From Bacteroidota bacterium (GTDB lineage Bacteria; Bacteroidota; Bacteroidia; UKL13-3), in NCBI GenBank assembly GCA_947485745.1, contig CANKQY010000006.1, forward strand, positions 1 to 57,510: a DNA stretch of 57,510 nucleotides, in the 5' to 3' direction. Position numbers and translations under genes: made by a program. How positions within the stretch are numbered: position 1 is the stretch's first letter; the number at the start of each line of letters is the position of its first letter. The notes beneath the pieces were generated by a model. The model saw only the letters and a list, made by a program, of their open reading frames with translations, made no database searches and was not told the origin of the DNA. This document shows, piece by piece, positions 20,402 through 30,100 of the stretch.

Positions 20402-21010
20402 TTGACAGAAAGCAAATCCATACAAGAAAGAATCATCCTTGGCATAGATCCAGGCACTACGGTTATGGGGTATGGCGTTATCCAAACCACAGGAAAAAAG
20501 GCAGTTGTACTTAGCTTGGGTGTTCTTAAACTGGATAAATATGATGACTATGCGCTAAAATTAAAAAAGATATTTGAGCGCACAGTTGGGCTAATTGATG
20601 AATACCACCCAGATGAACTAGCTATTGAGGCACCCTTTTATGGCAAAAATGTACAAAGTATGCTCAAATTAGGCAGGGCTCAAGGAGTAGCAATTGCAGC
20701 CGCTATGAGCAGAGAATTAGCTGTGGTGGAATATGCGCCTAAAAAAATAAAATTGGCCGTTACAGGTAATGGAAATGCTTCAAAAGACCAAGTTGCTGCC
20801 AGCTTAATGCAACAACTAAAATTTGAATACAATAATGAATACTCTGATGCAACAGATGGCTTAGCGGCAGCTTATTGCCATTTTATGCAAAAGAGTTTAA
20901 AGATACCAGCATTAGAAAGTAAAGGGAAAAGCAAAATTCCTAGCAAGAAAAAAAACTCCTCATGGGAAGCTTTTGTTACACAAAATCCAACTAAAATAAA
21001 GAAAAAATAG
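20402..21010 (+). CDS. ruvC: Holliday junction resolvase RuvC
   Basis: ILGIDPG, AIEAPF, LKLGRAQG, VTGNGNASKDQV, DATDGLA. Confidence 0.97.
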   Translation: MTESKSIQERIILGIDPGTTVMGYGVIQTTGKKAVVLSLGVLKLDKYDDYALKLKKIFERTVGLIDEYHPDELAIEAPFYGKNVQSMLKLGRAQGVAIAAAMSRELAVVEYAPKKIKLAVTGNGNASKDQVAASLMQQLKFEYNNEYSDATDGLAAAYCHFMQKSLKIPALESKGKSKIPSKKKNSSWEAFVTQNPTKIKKK

Positions 21011-21014
21011 CTCG

Positions 21015-21413
21015 TTATTTTGGCAATTGCAGCGCTATTTCATCGGCAATGGCTGCCATTTCTTCATTAGTAAACACCAACTTTGGGTTGGCAAAATTCA
21101 TCTCTTCCAAATTAGAAAATGGTATCAAATGAATGTGCGCATGCGGCACTTCTAATCCCATCACACACACGCCAACTCGTATACAAGGCACTGCTTTTTT
21201 AATACCCTCGGCAACTATCTTAGAAAATAAATGTAATCCAGCAAATTCGGTTTGATCCAAATCAAAAATGTAATCAACTTCCTTTTTAGGGATGACTAAA
21301 GTGTGCCCTTTGGTAAGTGGACGTATATCTAGAAAGGCTAAAAATTCAGAAGTTTCTGCAACTTTAAAACAAGGTATTTCTCCATTGATTATTTTGGTAA
21401 AAATACTTGGCAT
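21015..21413 (-). CDS. HIT family nucleotide hydrolase
   Basis: IFTKIINGEIP, GHTLVIPK, HAHIH triad. Confidence 0.95.
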   Translation of the reverse strand: MPSIFTKIINGEIPCFKVAETSEFLAFLDIRPLTKGHTLVIPKKEVDYIFDLDQTEFAGLHLFSKIVAEGIKKAVPCIRVGVCVMGLEVPHAHIHLIPFSNLEEMNFANPKLVFTNEEMAAIADEIALQLPK

Positions 21414-21416
21414 AAA

Positions 21417-21890
21417 TTATAAGGTTATTTCTAAAACTTCCAATTTGATTTGACCTGCAGGCACCATCACATCACAAAACTCCCCTACTTTTTTATTCAT
21501 CAAACCCAGTCCAATAGGCGATTTAAAGGATATCTTACCCGACTTAAGGTCTGCTTCTTTTTCATTAACCAAAGTGTACCAGATTTCTTTTTTTGAATTG
21601 TGATTGAGTACACGCACCCTTGTAAGCATCATTACCTTGCTAGTATTTAATTTGGTTTCATCAATGATTCTTGAAACAGAAACTAAATTTTCCATTTTTG
21701 AAATCTTCGCTTCCAATAAACCTTGATCTTCTTTGGCTGCATGGTATTCTGCATTTTCACTTAAATCTCCTTTATCTCTTGCATCGGCAATTTGCTTAGT
21801 TATAAAAGGACGTTGAACCTTTTTAAGATCGTTTAATTCGGCTTTCAATTTCTCTAAACCTTCTTTGGTTACAAAATTAATATCTGACAT
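21417..21890 (-). CDS. greA: Transcription elongation factor GreA
   Basis: GDLSENAEYHAAKE, ISFKSPIG. Confidence 0.97.
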   Translation of the reverse strand: MSDINFVTKEGLEKLKAELNDLKKVQRPFITKQIADARDKGDLSENAEYHAAKEDQGLLEAKISKMENLVSVSRIIDETKLNTSKVMMLTRVRVLNHNSKKEIWYTLVNEKEADLKSGKISFKSPIGLGLMNKKVGEFCDVMVPAGQIKLEVLEITL

Positions 21891-21917
21891 AAAATTCGAT
21901 TTTGTTATAGTGATATA

Positions 21918-21954
21918 AAATAAAAGAAACGTTTAGCACGAGGCCAAACGTTCC
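21918..21954 (-). terminator. Hairpin plus U-tract between the PorV-like gene and greA
   Basis: Minus strand GGAACGTTTGGC-CTCGT-GCTAAACGTTTC followed by TTTTATT. Confidence 0.65.
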
Positions 21955-21980
21955 TTAATTAGTTTCAAATATAGTAATTT

Positions 21981-23111
21981 TTATCCCTTTTTACCTCCTA
22001 CGGTTAACCTTATTCCCAAGGTATGCATTCCATTAAAAATACGAGTTGGCGCATAAGAATAATCAATTGCCATTGCTGTACCATTTTTAGATATTGGCAA
22101 CTGAAAAGTTACACCAGTCCATAACCCATAAATGGGATCTAGGTATTGAGGATCACTCATGTTTTTGCTGAATGGTTGCGCATCATTGGTGTAGTTATAA
22201 GCAACTCTCAACATGGCCATTTCTTTGTAAGCGTATTCAAACCCTAAGCCATAAACATTAGATTGAAAGGCATTATAATTAAAGTTAAATGAACCTGTTA
22301 AACGGTGGAAATAAGTATCAGCTGATTTGTCTAAGCGCATATCATAACCTAAACCGATATTTACTAGAGTAGGTAAATTAAATTTATCGCCAGCGAAATA
22401 AGCTTTTCTATCTGCACCAGTAGCCGCATTAATAGAACGGAAAGAAAGTCCAGGACCAGAATACGTTAAATCTGGACCAATGTTTCTCATAGAAATACCT
22501 ATTCTAAAATCTTCCTTTTTAATCTTATTGCTTTGTTTCTTTGGGTTCAAAGAAGTTTGGTATTGAATACCAAAATCAAAGGCCACACCGGTGGCTTTTA
22601 CGTCTTGTAAACCCTCAGAAATAATTCTCAATAAAAATCCACCAGTAATACTATTTGAGAATTTTTTTGCATAAGCAGCACCAACGTTTAACACAACAGG
22701 ACTAAAAGTTGGCAAGGTGCCGTTAGGGTTATCAAAGGTTGTAATTGGAATACTTCCAAAATCCCATGAAGCAAAACCCAAACCAATAACTCCACCATCG
22801 CCATTTTCACCTAATACTTGGGAAAATCCAAAGTTATTTATGTTTACACCTGCGCCTTGCAAATAACTCATTCTTGAGAAAACCACCTCGGTTTTTTTAG
22901 AGTAAGCTAATCCTGCTATATTTAAATTAAAGGCTTCAATTCCTCTTACTGATGCAGTGTTTGTTCCTCCGTATCCAGAACTTCTGGCATAAGGATTAAC
23001 ATTTAATTGTGTTACCCCAGCTCCACCAGAACGCTCTGGATTGCCCGCGTAGGAATTACCTGCCAACGCTAGCATCCCAAGTAAACCAAATTTTATAATA
23101 TCTTTCTTCAT
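21981..23111 (-). CDS. PorV/PorQ-family outer-membrane beta-barrel
   Basis: Signal peptide, G...L.VNP.ARS.G.G, N.AGLA, YAKKFS..ITGG, A.G.AFD.G.QY, DYSY.......H..G.R. Confidence 0.8.
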   Translation of the reverse strand: MKKDIIKFGLLGMLALAGNSYAGNPERSGGAGVTQLNVNPYARSSGYGGTNTASVRGIEAFNLNIAGLAYSKKTEVVFSRMSYLQGAGVNINNFGFSQVLGENGDGGVIGLGFASWDFGSIPITTFDNPNGTLPTFSPVVLNVGAAYAKKFSNSITGGFLLRIISEGLQDVKATGVAFDFGIQYQTSLNPKKQSNKIKKEDFRIGISMRNIGPDLTYSGPGLSFRSINAATGADRKAYFAGDKFNLPTLVNIGLGYDMRLDKSADTYFHRLTGSFNFNYNAFQSNVYGLGFEYAYKEMAMLRVAYNYTNDAQPFSKNMSDPQYLDPIYGLWTGVTFQLPISKNGTAMAIDYSYAPTRIFNGMHTLGIRLTVGGKKG

Positions 23112-23146
23112 TTTAATATGATTTCAAAGTTTGAGTGAATATTAAT

Positions 23147-26100
23147 TTAGAATGTATCAAAATCGGCAGGACGAATAATCCCAAACCATTTAACAACTCT
23201 TTCTCCAATTCCGTCTGCATAAATATGAACCAAATAAACTCCACTTGCAATTGGCACTTTAGCATCATTTTTCAAATCCCAATCCAAATAGGTATTTACA
23301 TCATCATCCTTCTTAATTCTTCTAACCAAAAATCCACTTTGGGTATAGATTGAAATAACACATTTTTGGGGAAGGTTAATGATTTTAACGCGTTGATCCA
23401 ATTGATTACCTGGATCTTCATATCCAGCATACGCATAATAAGGATTTGGTGAAACAGCTACCATATCGAGGGCAGTTTTACCAGCCTGCTTCTCACCTAT
23501 AGTTGGCGAAATGCCCGTTGTAGAGAAAGAATATAATGGTAATCCTTTATTCAAAATAGTATCAGTGGCAGATAAATTTAAGCTAGCATAAGGACGTTTC
23601 ACGTTGATGTTAATCCTAACGTCGCAAGGGATACCTCCATTAGTTGTGTTATCACCTAAGAATGTTTTTGGCGAAACCAAAGTCATACTCACCCACATAG
23701 CCTGAGAATATAATTTACGCATATTCAAAGTAACACTCTGCACTGCCTCAATTTTGTTAAGCAAATCAGTATAGCTAACACCTTCATCATAACGAGGTCC
23801 GGCATATTGAATCGGACCTGTAGGGCTTGTACGGAAATCTTTAGAGCCCATTACGTAGATGTGGTGCTTACCTCCAAATATATAATTTAACCCACCTAAA
23901 GTTCCCGAAACCAATGTGCTAGTAGGATTCCAAATCATATCCGCTCCATTTTCTAACGGCAATGAAGAGTCTTCAGCAAACATGATGTTTAAGCGCTCTC
24001 CAGTTTCCTTATTAATTGCGTAACCAGGGAACCAACCTTTTCCAAAGCCATCGCCATCTGGTTTACCATCTTTGCCAACTGAAGGAGATTTTCTTCTTTG
24101 CATTTTTATAGCTCCACCAATATTTAATGATGTATTTTCTCCCGCTTCAATTACTACGCATCTCGACCAATATCTCTTATCTGGTGTAATGAATACAGAA
24201 ACACTTCTTAAGTCTGTTAAAGGATTGTCTGTTGAATATCCTCCAGTACCTGCAGACCAAGCTGGACCATAAGTTGGGGTTGGGGTTATAACCCTTGCGC
24301 ACAATGAATAAGGAGCCCAAGTTCCATCTATCACCTTGTTATATTGCCTTCTAGGATCAATTGGTGACTTATTGGCATCTGCAAAATCATGCTCGTAAGG
24401 ATTTGCAAAATTTGGTGTGCCTGTATTACCGGCTCTAATCCAATTAAAAGGCACCTGGGATCCAATCTCATCTGGAACTCCTACTAACCACCTATTATTC
24501 GGATTACTGAATTCAATGGATGATGAAATATAACCATTTGCATCATCCGTTTCATTTGTAGGATCACCAGGAGCTATAGGTTGATTAATATTAACGCTCA
24601 AGCCCATATCTTCAAATACTTGCTCGTTTGGTGTACCAATGGTTTTTTCACTAAATGCTACCTGAACACAATTTGCTGTACCAGAATACCTATACTTATT
24701 CGAATTTACAGTTACAAACTCATTTGCATATTGTACCGTGTCATATGGCGTTAAATCTGAAGCATCAATAATTTTTATTTTTACATAACCATCCAATAAC
24801 CTGTAGGATGAATTATTCTTAAAATCAGCTATGGTTGTTGGTTTAATATTTTCCAATATCCAAATAGTGCTGTCTTTTGTTAAGCTATCTCTTTTTACAG
24901 TTGATTTAGAATTATCAATTAATTTTAATTCAAAGTCTGCTTTTGGAACCTTAAAGGGATCTATTACCTTAATGATAACCGGACCCTTAGATTTCTCATA
25001 AGTAGGTGTTGGAACAAAATAAGGAGCTATTAAAGCTTTTTCAATTGTAGCTTGAGACAAAGTAATTGCGTTTCCACCATTTCCAATACCTTCTAATTTG
25101 GTAATTTCTGGTCCATCACCCCAGGCAGCGTTTAATACGGTTCCTTGCTGATGAGGAGTAGCTTTGTGTGGTATTCCTGTCCAAACTGCAATTGCCGTTC
25201 CGTCTATCATTTTACGACCTGCCAAATATTGAGTAGCTTCATCTACGCAATTGGTAGCACTGGCATAAGCAACTAGGTAGAAATAATAACTCTGGAAGTT
25301 AACCAATGATTGATCCGATAATTTTGAAAATACGTCCTTGCTAATTTTAAAACTATGAATAATGCCTTTATCACTGCCATTAACCATAATCTTTTTAACA
25401 CTGCCAAGGTCCGCATCGTTTACAATATTTACAATCTTTGAATTTCCATCCTGAACATCACACTGAGCAATTTCAACTGCCTCGTCTAAATTATATAAAT
25501 TACTTGGCGCAGAGTTTTTCTTTAATTGAAATATTTGATACCCTTGAAATTTATATTTAGTTTTACTTGAACACAAACCTGCAGATGAATCCGAATAATT
25601 CTCGGTAACATTGTAATTTACTATGTTAAGTATAATTTCTTGATCCAATTCAACTATTTCTAACTTTGGAACCCTAGGTCCATCAACTATATTAAAGTTA
25701 TTTTTGTATAGCACATAAGCTTTATCAGATGCTTCTTTTAACAAATTGAATGATCCGGTTGCACCTCCGGTGGTACCCCTTGCCCATACAACAGCTACAG
25801 TTACTTGATTTTTTGATCCTGGTAACAAACTAAATGAACCTGCAGTTTGTAAAAACCTTCTATCCCCAGGGTTATTTCCAGCGATTCTTTCTGTCCAATC
25901 TGCTCTACCAGATGGGTCTGTTTTTCCAGGAAACATAAAGCTAGCAGTATCAGAACCTCCTCTACCATTGCCTCCATAAGAAATATTTAAACCATCTTTC
26001 CATCTTCCATTCAAGTAATTCCAGTAATGCTCTGGTCTACTTGGATTTCCTGTTACCGAAAAGTCGTTGTTATAATACACAAACTTGGTTAGGCCAATTT

Positions 26101-27142
26101 CTGAGGTATCATTTCCAACAATTCTTTGTGGTCCTTCAAAAAAATTCACACCAACACTAGGTGGGTTCAAACCGTAACCCAAAATACCCTCATCATTGTC
26201 ATCACCATTATAACATATACCCAAATTTCTTTTCACATCACACTCCACATAATCATCCGAATAATTACCCAAGTCGGCATCTACCCATTGACCAAACACA
26301 CAGCTATCAATTGTTTCGGAACTACGGTTAAAAATAGTAGTTCTATAAAATGTCATGTTATTAATTTCATCGTTGGTAGCGTAAGCAAAACTTTGGGTAT
26401 GTAATTCCAATCCAATAGGCAAACCCTCAGTTTCTGAGTGAATATTTCCTTTGTCATTATAAATGGTAAATAACATCATATCTGGGATATTAGTTATTAC
26501 GTTTTGGTCAAAGGTTGGAAAGTCTCCATCTGTAGTTTGATAATCTCCATCGTTATTACTATCATAAAAAGGAGCTAGGAATGCTGCTTCACCGAGCACC
26601 TTATCGCCATTTCCAGGCCAAGTCTTAATTGCCTCAATTGGATTTGCTTTGTCATCATTACTTTGAAACTCTTCAATTTCAGCTAAGGTTACTTTCCAAA
26701 TTTTATCATAATACTTGCACCTGTCGGCAGAAATAGAAGCATTTGCAATTTGTAAAGCACCTGGGTAATAATCACTACCACTTTGGCGATAAGTTTGTGC
26801 CGCAATCTTCAAGTTACCTTGAGTAATTCCACCAATCCACAATGCACCAGAAAATAGCGAGTGCTTTTTAGTTTGGCCAGTTTCTACTTTTGGAATTTCG
26901 TAACGTGCATTTTGCAAATTCCACCACATATCACCACCGTTTAAAATAACGGTACGTACATTGTTTAAATCCAAATCTTTTTGTTGGGTAGCTTGAGCAC
27001 ATCCAGCTCCTTTTTTTAATAAGGTTGATTTAGCAGTTTTTTGCAAACCAATATTCTCCTCTGCAAAACCTTGAAAGCCTATTAAAACTAAGCTTATTGC
27101 AAGAAAAGTGTATTTCAAAAAATAATTATTTTTCTTTTTCAT
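23147..27142 (-). CDS. Large secreted protein with a T9SS-like (FlgD-Ig-like) C-terminal domain
   Basis: Signal peptide; LD.NNVR....N.G; GALWIGG; DADLG...DD; PGDRR; C-terminal PNPY...I.NLP..C.I.IYT.SG.LVR...WDL.N....ASGVY. Confidence 0.8.
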   Translation of the reverse strand: MKKKNNYFLKYTFLAISLVLIGFQGFAEENIGLQKTAKSTLLKKGAGCAQATQQKDLDLNNVRTVILNGGDMWWNLQNARYEIPKVETGQTKKHSLFSGALWIGGITQGNLKIAAQTYRQSGSDYYPGALQIANASISADRCKYYDKIWKVTLAEIEEFQSNDDKANPIEAIKTWPGNGDKVLGEAAFLAPFYDSNNDGDYQTTDGDFPTFDQNVITNIPDMMLFTIYNDKGNIHSETEGLPIGLELHTQSFAYATNDEINNMTFYRTTIFNRSSETIDSCVFGQWVDADLGNYSDDYVECDVKRNLGICYNGDDNDEGILGYGLNPPSVGVNFFEGPQRIVGNDTSEIGLTKFVYYNNDFSVTGNPSRPEHYWNYLNGRWKDGLNISYGGNGRGGSDTASFMFPGKTDPSGRADWTERIAGNNPGDRRFLQTAGSFSLLPGSKNQVTVAVVWARGTTGGATGSFNLLKEASDKAYVLYKNNFNIVDGPRVPKLEIVELDQEIILNIVNYNVTENYSDSSAGLCSSKTKYKFQGYQIFQLKKNSAPSNLYNLDEAVEIAQCDVQDGNSKIVNIVNDADLGSVKKIMVNGSDKGIIHSFKISKDVFSKLSDQSLVNFQSYYFYLVAYASATNCVDEATQYLAGRKMIDGTAIAVWTGIPHKATPHQQGTVLNAAWGDGPEITKLEGIGNGGNAITLSQATIEKALIAPYFVPTPTYEKSKGPVIIKVIDPFKVPKADFELKLIDNSKSTVKRDSLTKDSTIWILENIKPTTIADFKNNSSYRLLDGYVKIKIIDASDLTPYDTVQYANEFVTVNSNKYRYSGTANCVQVAFSEKTIGTPNEQVFEDMGLSVNINQPIAPGDPTNETDDANGYISSSIEFSNPNNRWLVGVPDEIGSQVPFNWIRAGNTGTPNFANPYEHDFADANKSPIDPRRQYNKVIDGTWAPYSLCARVITPTPTYGPAWSAGTGGYSTDNPLTDLRSVSVFITPDKRYWSRCVVIEAGENTSLNIGGAIKMQRRKSPSVGKDGKPDGDGFGKGWFPGYAINKETGERLNIMFAEDSSLPLENGADMIWNPTSTLVSGTLGGLNYIFGGKHHIYVMGSKDFRTSPTGPIQYAGPRYDEGVSYTDLLNKIEAVQSVTLNMRKLYSQAMWVSMTLVSPKTFLGDNTTNGGIPCDVRININVKRPYASLNLSATDTILNKGLPLYSFSTTGISPTIGEKQAGKTALDMVAVSPNPYYAYAGYEDPGNQLDQRVKIINLPQKCVISIYTQSGFLVRRIKKDDDVNTYLDWDLKNDAKVPIASGVYLVHIYADGIGERVVKWFGIIRPADFDTF

Positions 27143-27175
27143 TGTCGTTTTCTTTAATAAAGTAATTAAATTAAT

Positions 27176-30100
27176 CTAGAAATATAAGGCCATTCCTAAA
27201 CGTACAATTCTTGGTGGAGCAAACCTATCTGGATTGATCATTCTCAAATTGTATAGGTCAATGTATGATTGCTGATTGGTTGCAACTTCTTTTTGTTCCT
27301 GTGAAGCCGGGGAGGCTAAGAAACCATCGTTGTATGCAGAACCAGTATACCTATATACCGAAGTAACATTAGCTGTATTTAATAAGTTTTGAACCATTAT
27401 GAATGCACGTAATCTATACATGGTGGTGCTTCCATCAATTTTCTTTTTCTTGAAAATAAAGTTTTTGTCAACGTTTAAATCTAAATTAAACTGTGCTGGC
27501 AAATTTGCTCCGTTTGGCGTTCCTTTAATCGGGCTTCTTACCACAACACCAGATTGAACACCTCCAGGAGTTGGGTTCAAATCTTGGGTGTAAGGGCGAC
27601 CAGAATAAGCAGTAAATGCTAAATTGAAACCGGCATTTTCAAAAATCTTTTTACCGTTTACAATCGGGCCATTATAATCTTTTCCTTCTTTGTAATGGTA
27701 ATCAAAAATAGTTTTTAAGGTATGGCGTGTGTCAAAATCCATTGGTGTTAGCGTACGTAATGACGGCAAACCAACTGAGATTAATGCCGCACTGGTATTT
27801 GGATTGGAACCAGTACCATCAGCAAACATCAACTGATAATTAGCTGTAATAGTAACATTACCTAAATCTCTTACTGTATATTCTAAACCAATACTTTTTA
27901 CAGTTGAAAAGTCTAAATTACCATAGGTGGTATAATCATTTGGCCACGACTGCACATATTGATACAATTGCGTCATATTTCTAATTTCACTGTAAGAAGC
28001 AATAATTGCCAAAGCTGCATCTTGACCAATTTGCTGACGGAAACCAATTTCATAATCCGTTTTGGTTTGCATTTTCAAATCAGGATTTGCAATGGCAGAA
28101 CCTTGGCGATTTTGCAAAAAGAAATAGTCATCAATTTGTCCAACGTTTGCATTAGGTCTTTGAGCCAAGATATCATAAGTACCAAAAAATTGCGAGGTAG
28201 TTGATATTGGGAATGAGAACCAAATACGTGGCAATAATTTAAGGTCGGGCTTGTAATCTGTAAAAGAGGCCGAAGTTGGTAAATTAGGATTTTTAGGATC
28301 AACTAAAATTGGTGTATTCCTATTTGTTTTTGCTTCTGATTTAATTTGAGATGGGTCGGTTATAGGGTTGCCATTTTTATCATACCATTTGGTTCCATCG
28401 CGGTAACCATAAATCTTTGATCCTGATAACCCAGCAGTTTGTTGATTTGCATCTTTATCTATATAAGGAATAAATTTATCTCCAATGGTAGTTGGTATAT
28501 TTGAAGGATCGATACCCATAGTTCCGGCTCTTACCTCCCCAACTGTATATACTGGCACAACTGAATAAGGATCTTTCAATACAGGTTGGTTTGCATCAAA
28601 ACGCTCCAAACGAACACCCACCCTTACAATTAAATCTTTGAAAACAAACTTATCCTGAACCCAAGCCGCAAAATAAGTTGGCTGATAAGCCGGCAAAGCA
28701 CGCTTAGTTGGATCATTCAAGAAATCATCAATAGTAGAACGCTTCCTTTGAACTTTACCCAAATGGTTGTATCCAGAATAACTTACAAATGAACTACCAT
28801 TGTTTAACAATTCACCTGCATTAAACATATCCAAAGAATAATCTGTAGGCTTGTAAGAGTTCACATCTAAAAAAGAATATTGGTCAATTGGTTTACCATA
28901 GGCATCTACCGCACCTTGGGCCATTAATTTGTCACGTAAATTCTTGTCGAAATTTGTTTGATCATTTATTACTATTTTTCTTTTAAAATTTACGGTATCA
29001 GAAAATACACCATTCTCATCAAATTTTAACTCATAATTACCACTATCCAATCCGGAAAACTGGCGATTGACATTTAAACGCATTAAACTCCATAGGCCAG
29101 TAGCGCCTAAACCATAATTTCTTCTAAATTGTTGTTCAAGGTTTAAGCCAACCTGAAATTCATGTTTTGCTTTAGGATTGCTTTTTGGTGCAACACTAAA
29201 CTCACTTTGAACATACAAATTGAATGTTTCTGATAAACTTTTGCTATACCCAGCTTGTTGCTGCCCAACATTACCCCACATATTTGAGTATATTCCATTG
29301 GGTGCATCACCATTAATTAATCCTCCAACCTGACGAACAGCGCCAGGATTTCTTAATGCATTTGAGCCAAAATAATCGTAAACAGCTTTGGTGTAATTAC
29401 CGCGTGTTTGATTTGCATTATCGGCTTGGTCATAAGTATAAAGGGTATCTCGGTATCCAACATGACGGTAATAGTCATTTAAATAAAGTGGATTGTTTTT
29501 ATCGCCTCCTATATAAAAGGTATCTTGAGCTTGATTAAAACCTTTAATAACACGGCTATATACAGGGGCAGTATAAGTTGTAAACTTTCCGATGTAACCA
29601 TAATCAAAAAAATCTCTTTGGAAATCTGCATCCATGGATTCGCCAAAGCCTCTTTCATAAGATAACCTTACGGTATAATAGGCATTACTGATATTTGATG
29701 CTTTTTTATTTGCTTCTTCATCCTTTTTATCAGACTTAAATGTTTGTGTAAATTGAAAATAGGTTCTTGCAGTATATCCTCTTGAAAAACCGTTTTTCTC
29801 AGGTCCAAGCAATGAATGAAAAGTATTATTTCCCCTACCTTGATTGTAATTACCATAATATCCCATGCGCACATTGATATTATTGGTTGGTTGAAAATTG
29901 AAGTTACCATTTATGTCCACATTGGTGCTATAAACATTCTGGCGAACGTTGATTTTTTGAAGGTCGTTGGCAGTAATGTATTCAGCTGCTGGAAACAATG
30001 TTCCCAATGCTCCTGGCACCAAAGGCTTTTCCTTAATTTCCTTTAATTTATCATCATTTACTTTGTATAAATCTATTACAGAAATACTTTTTCCATAGGT

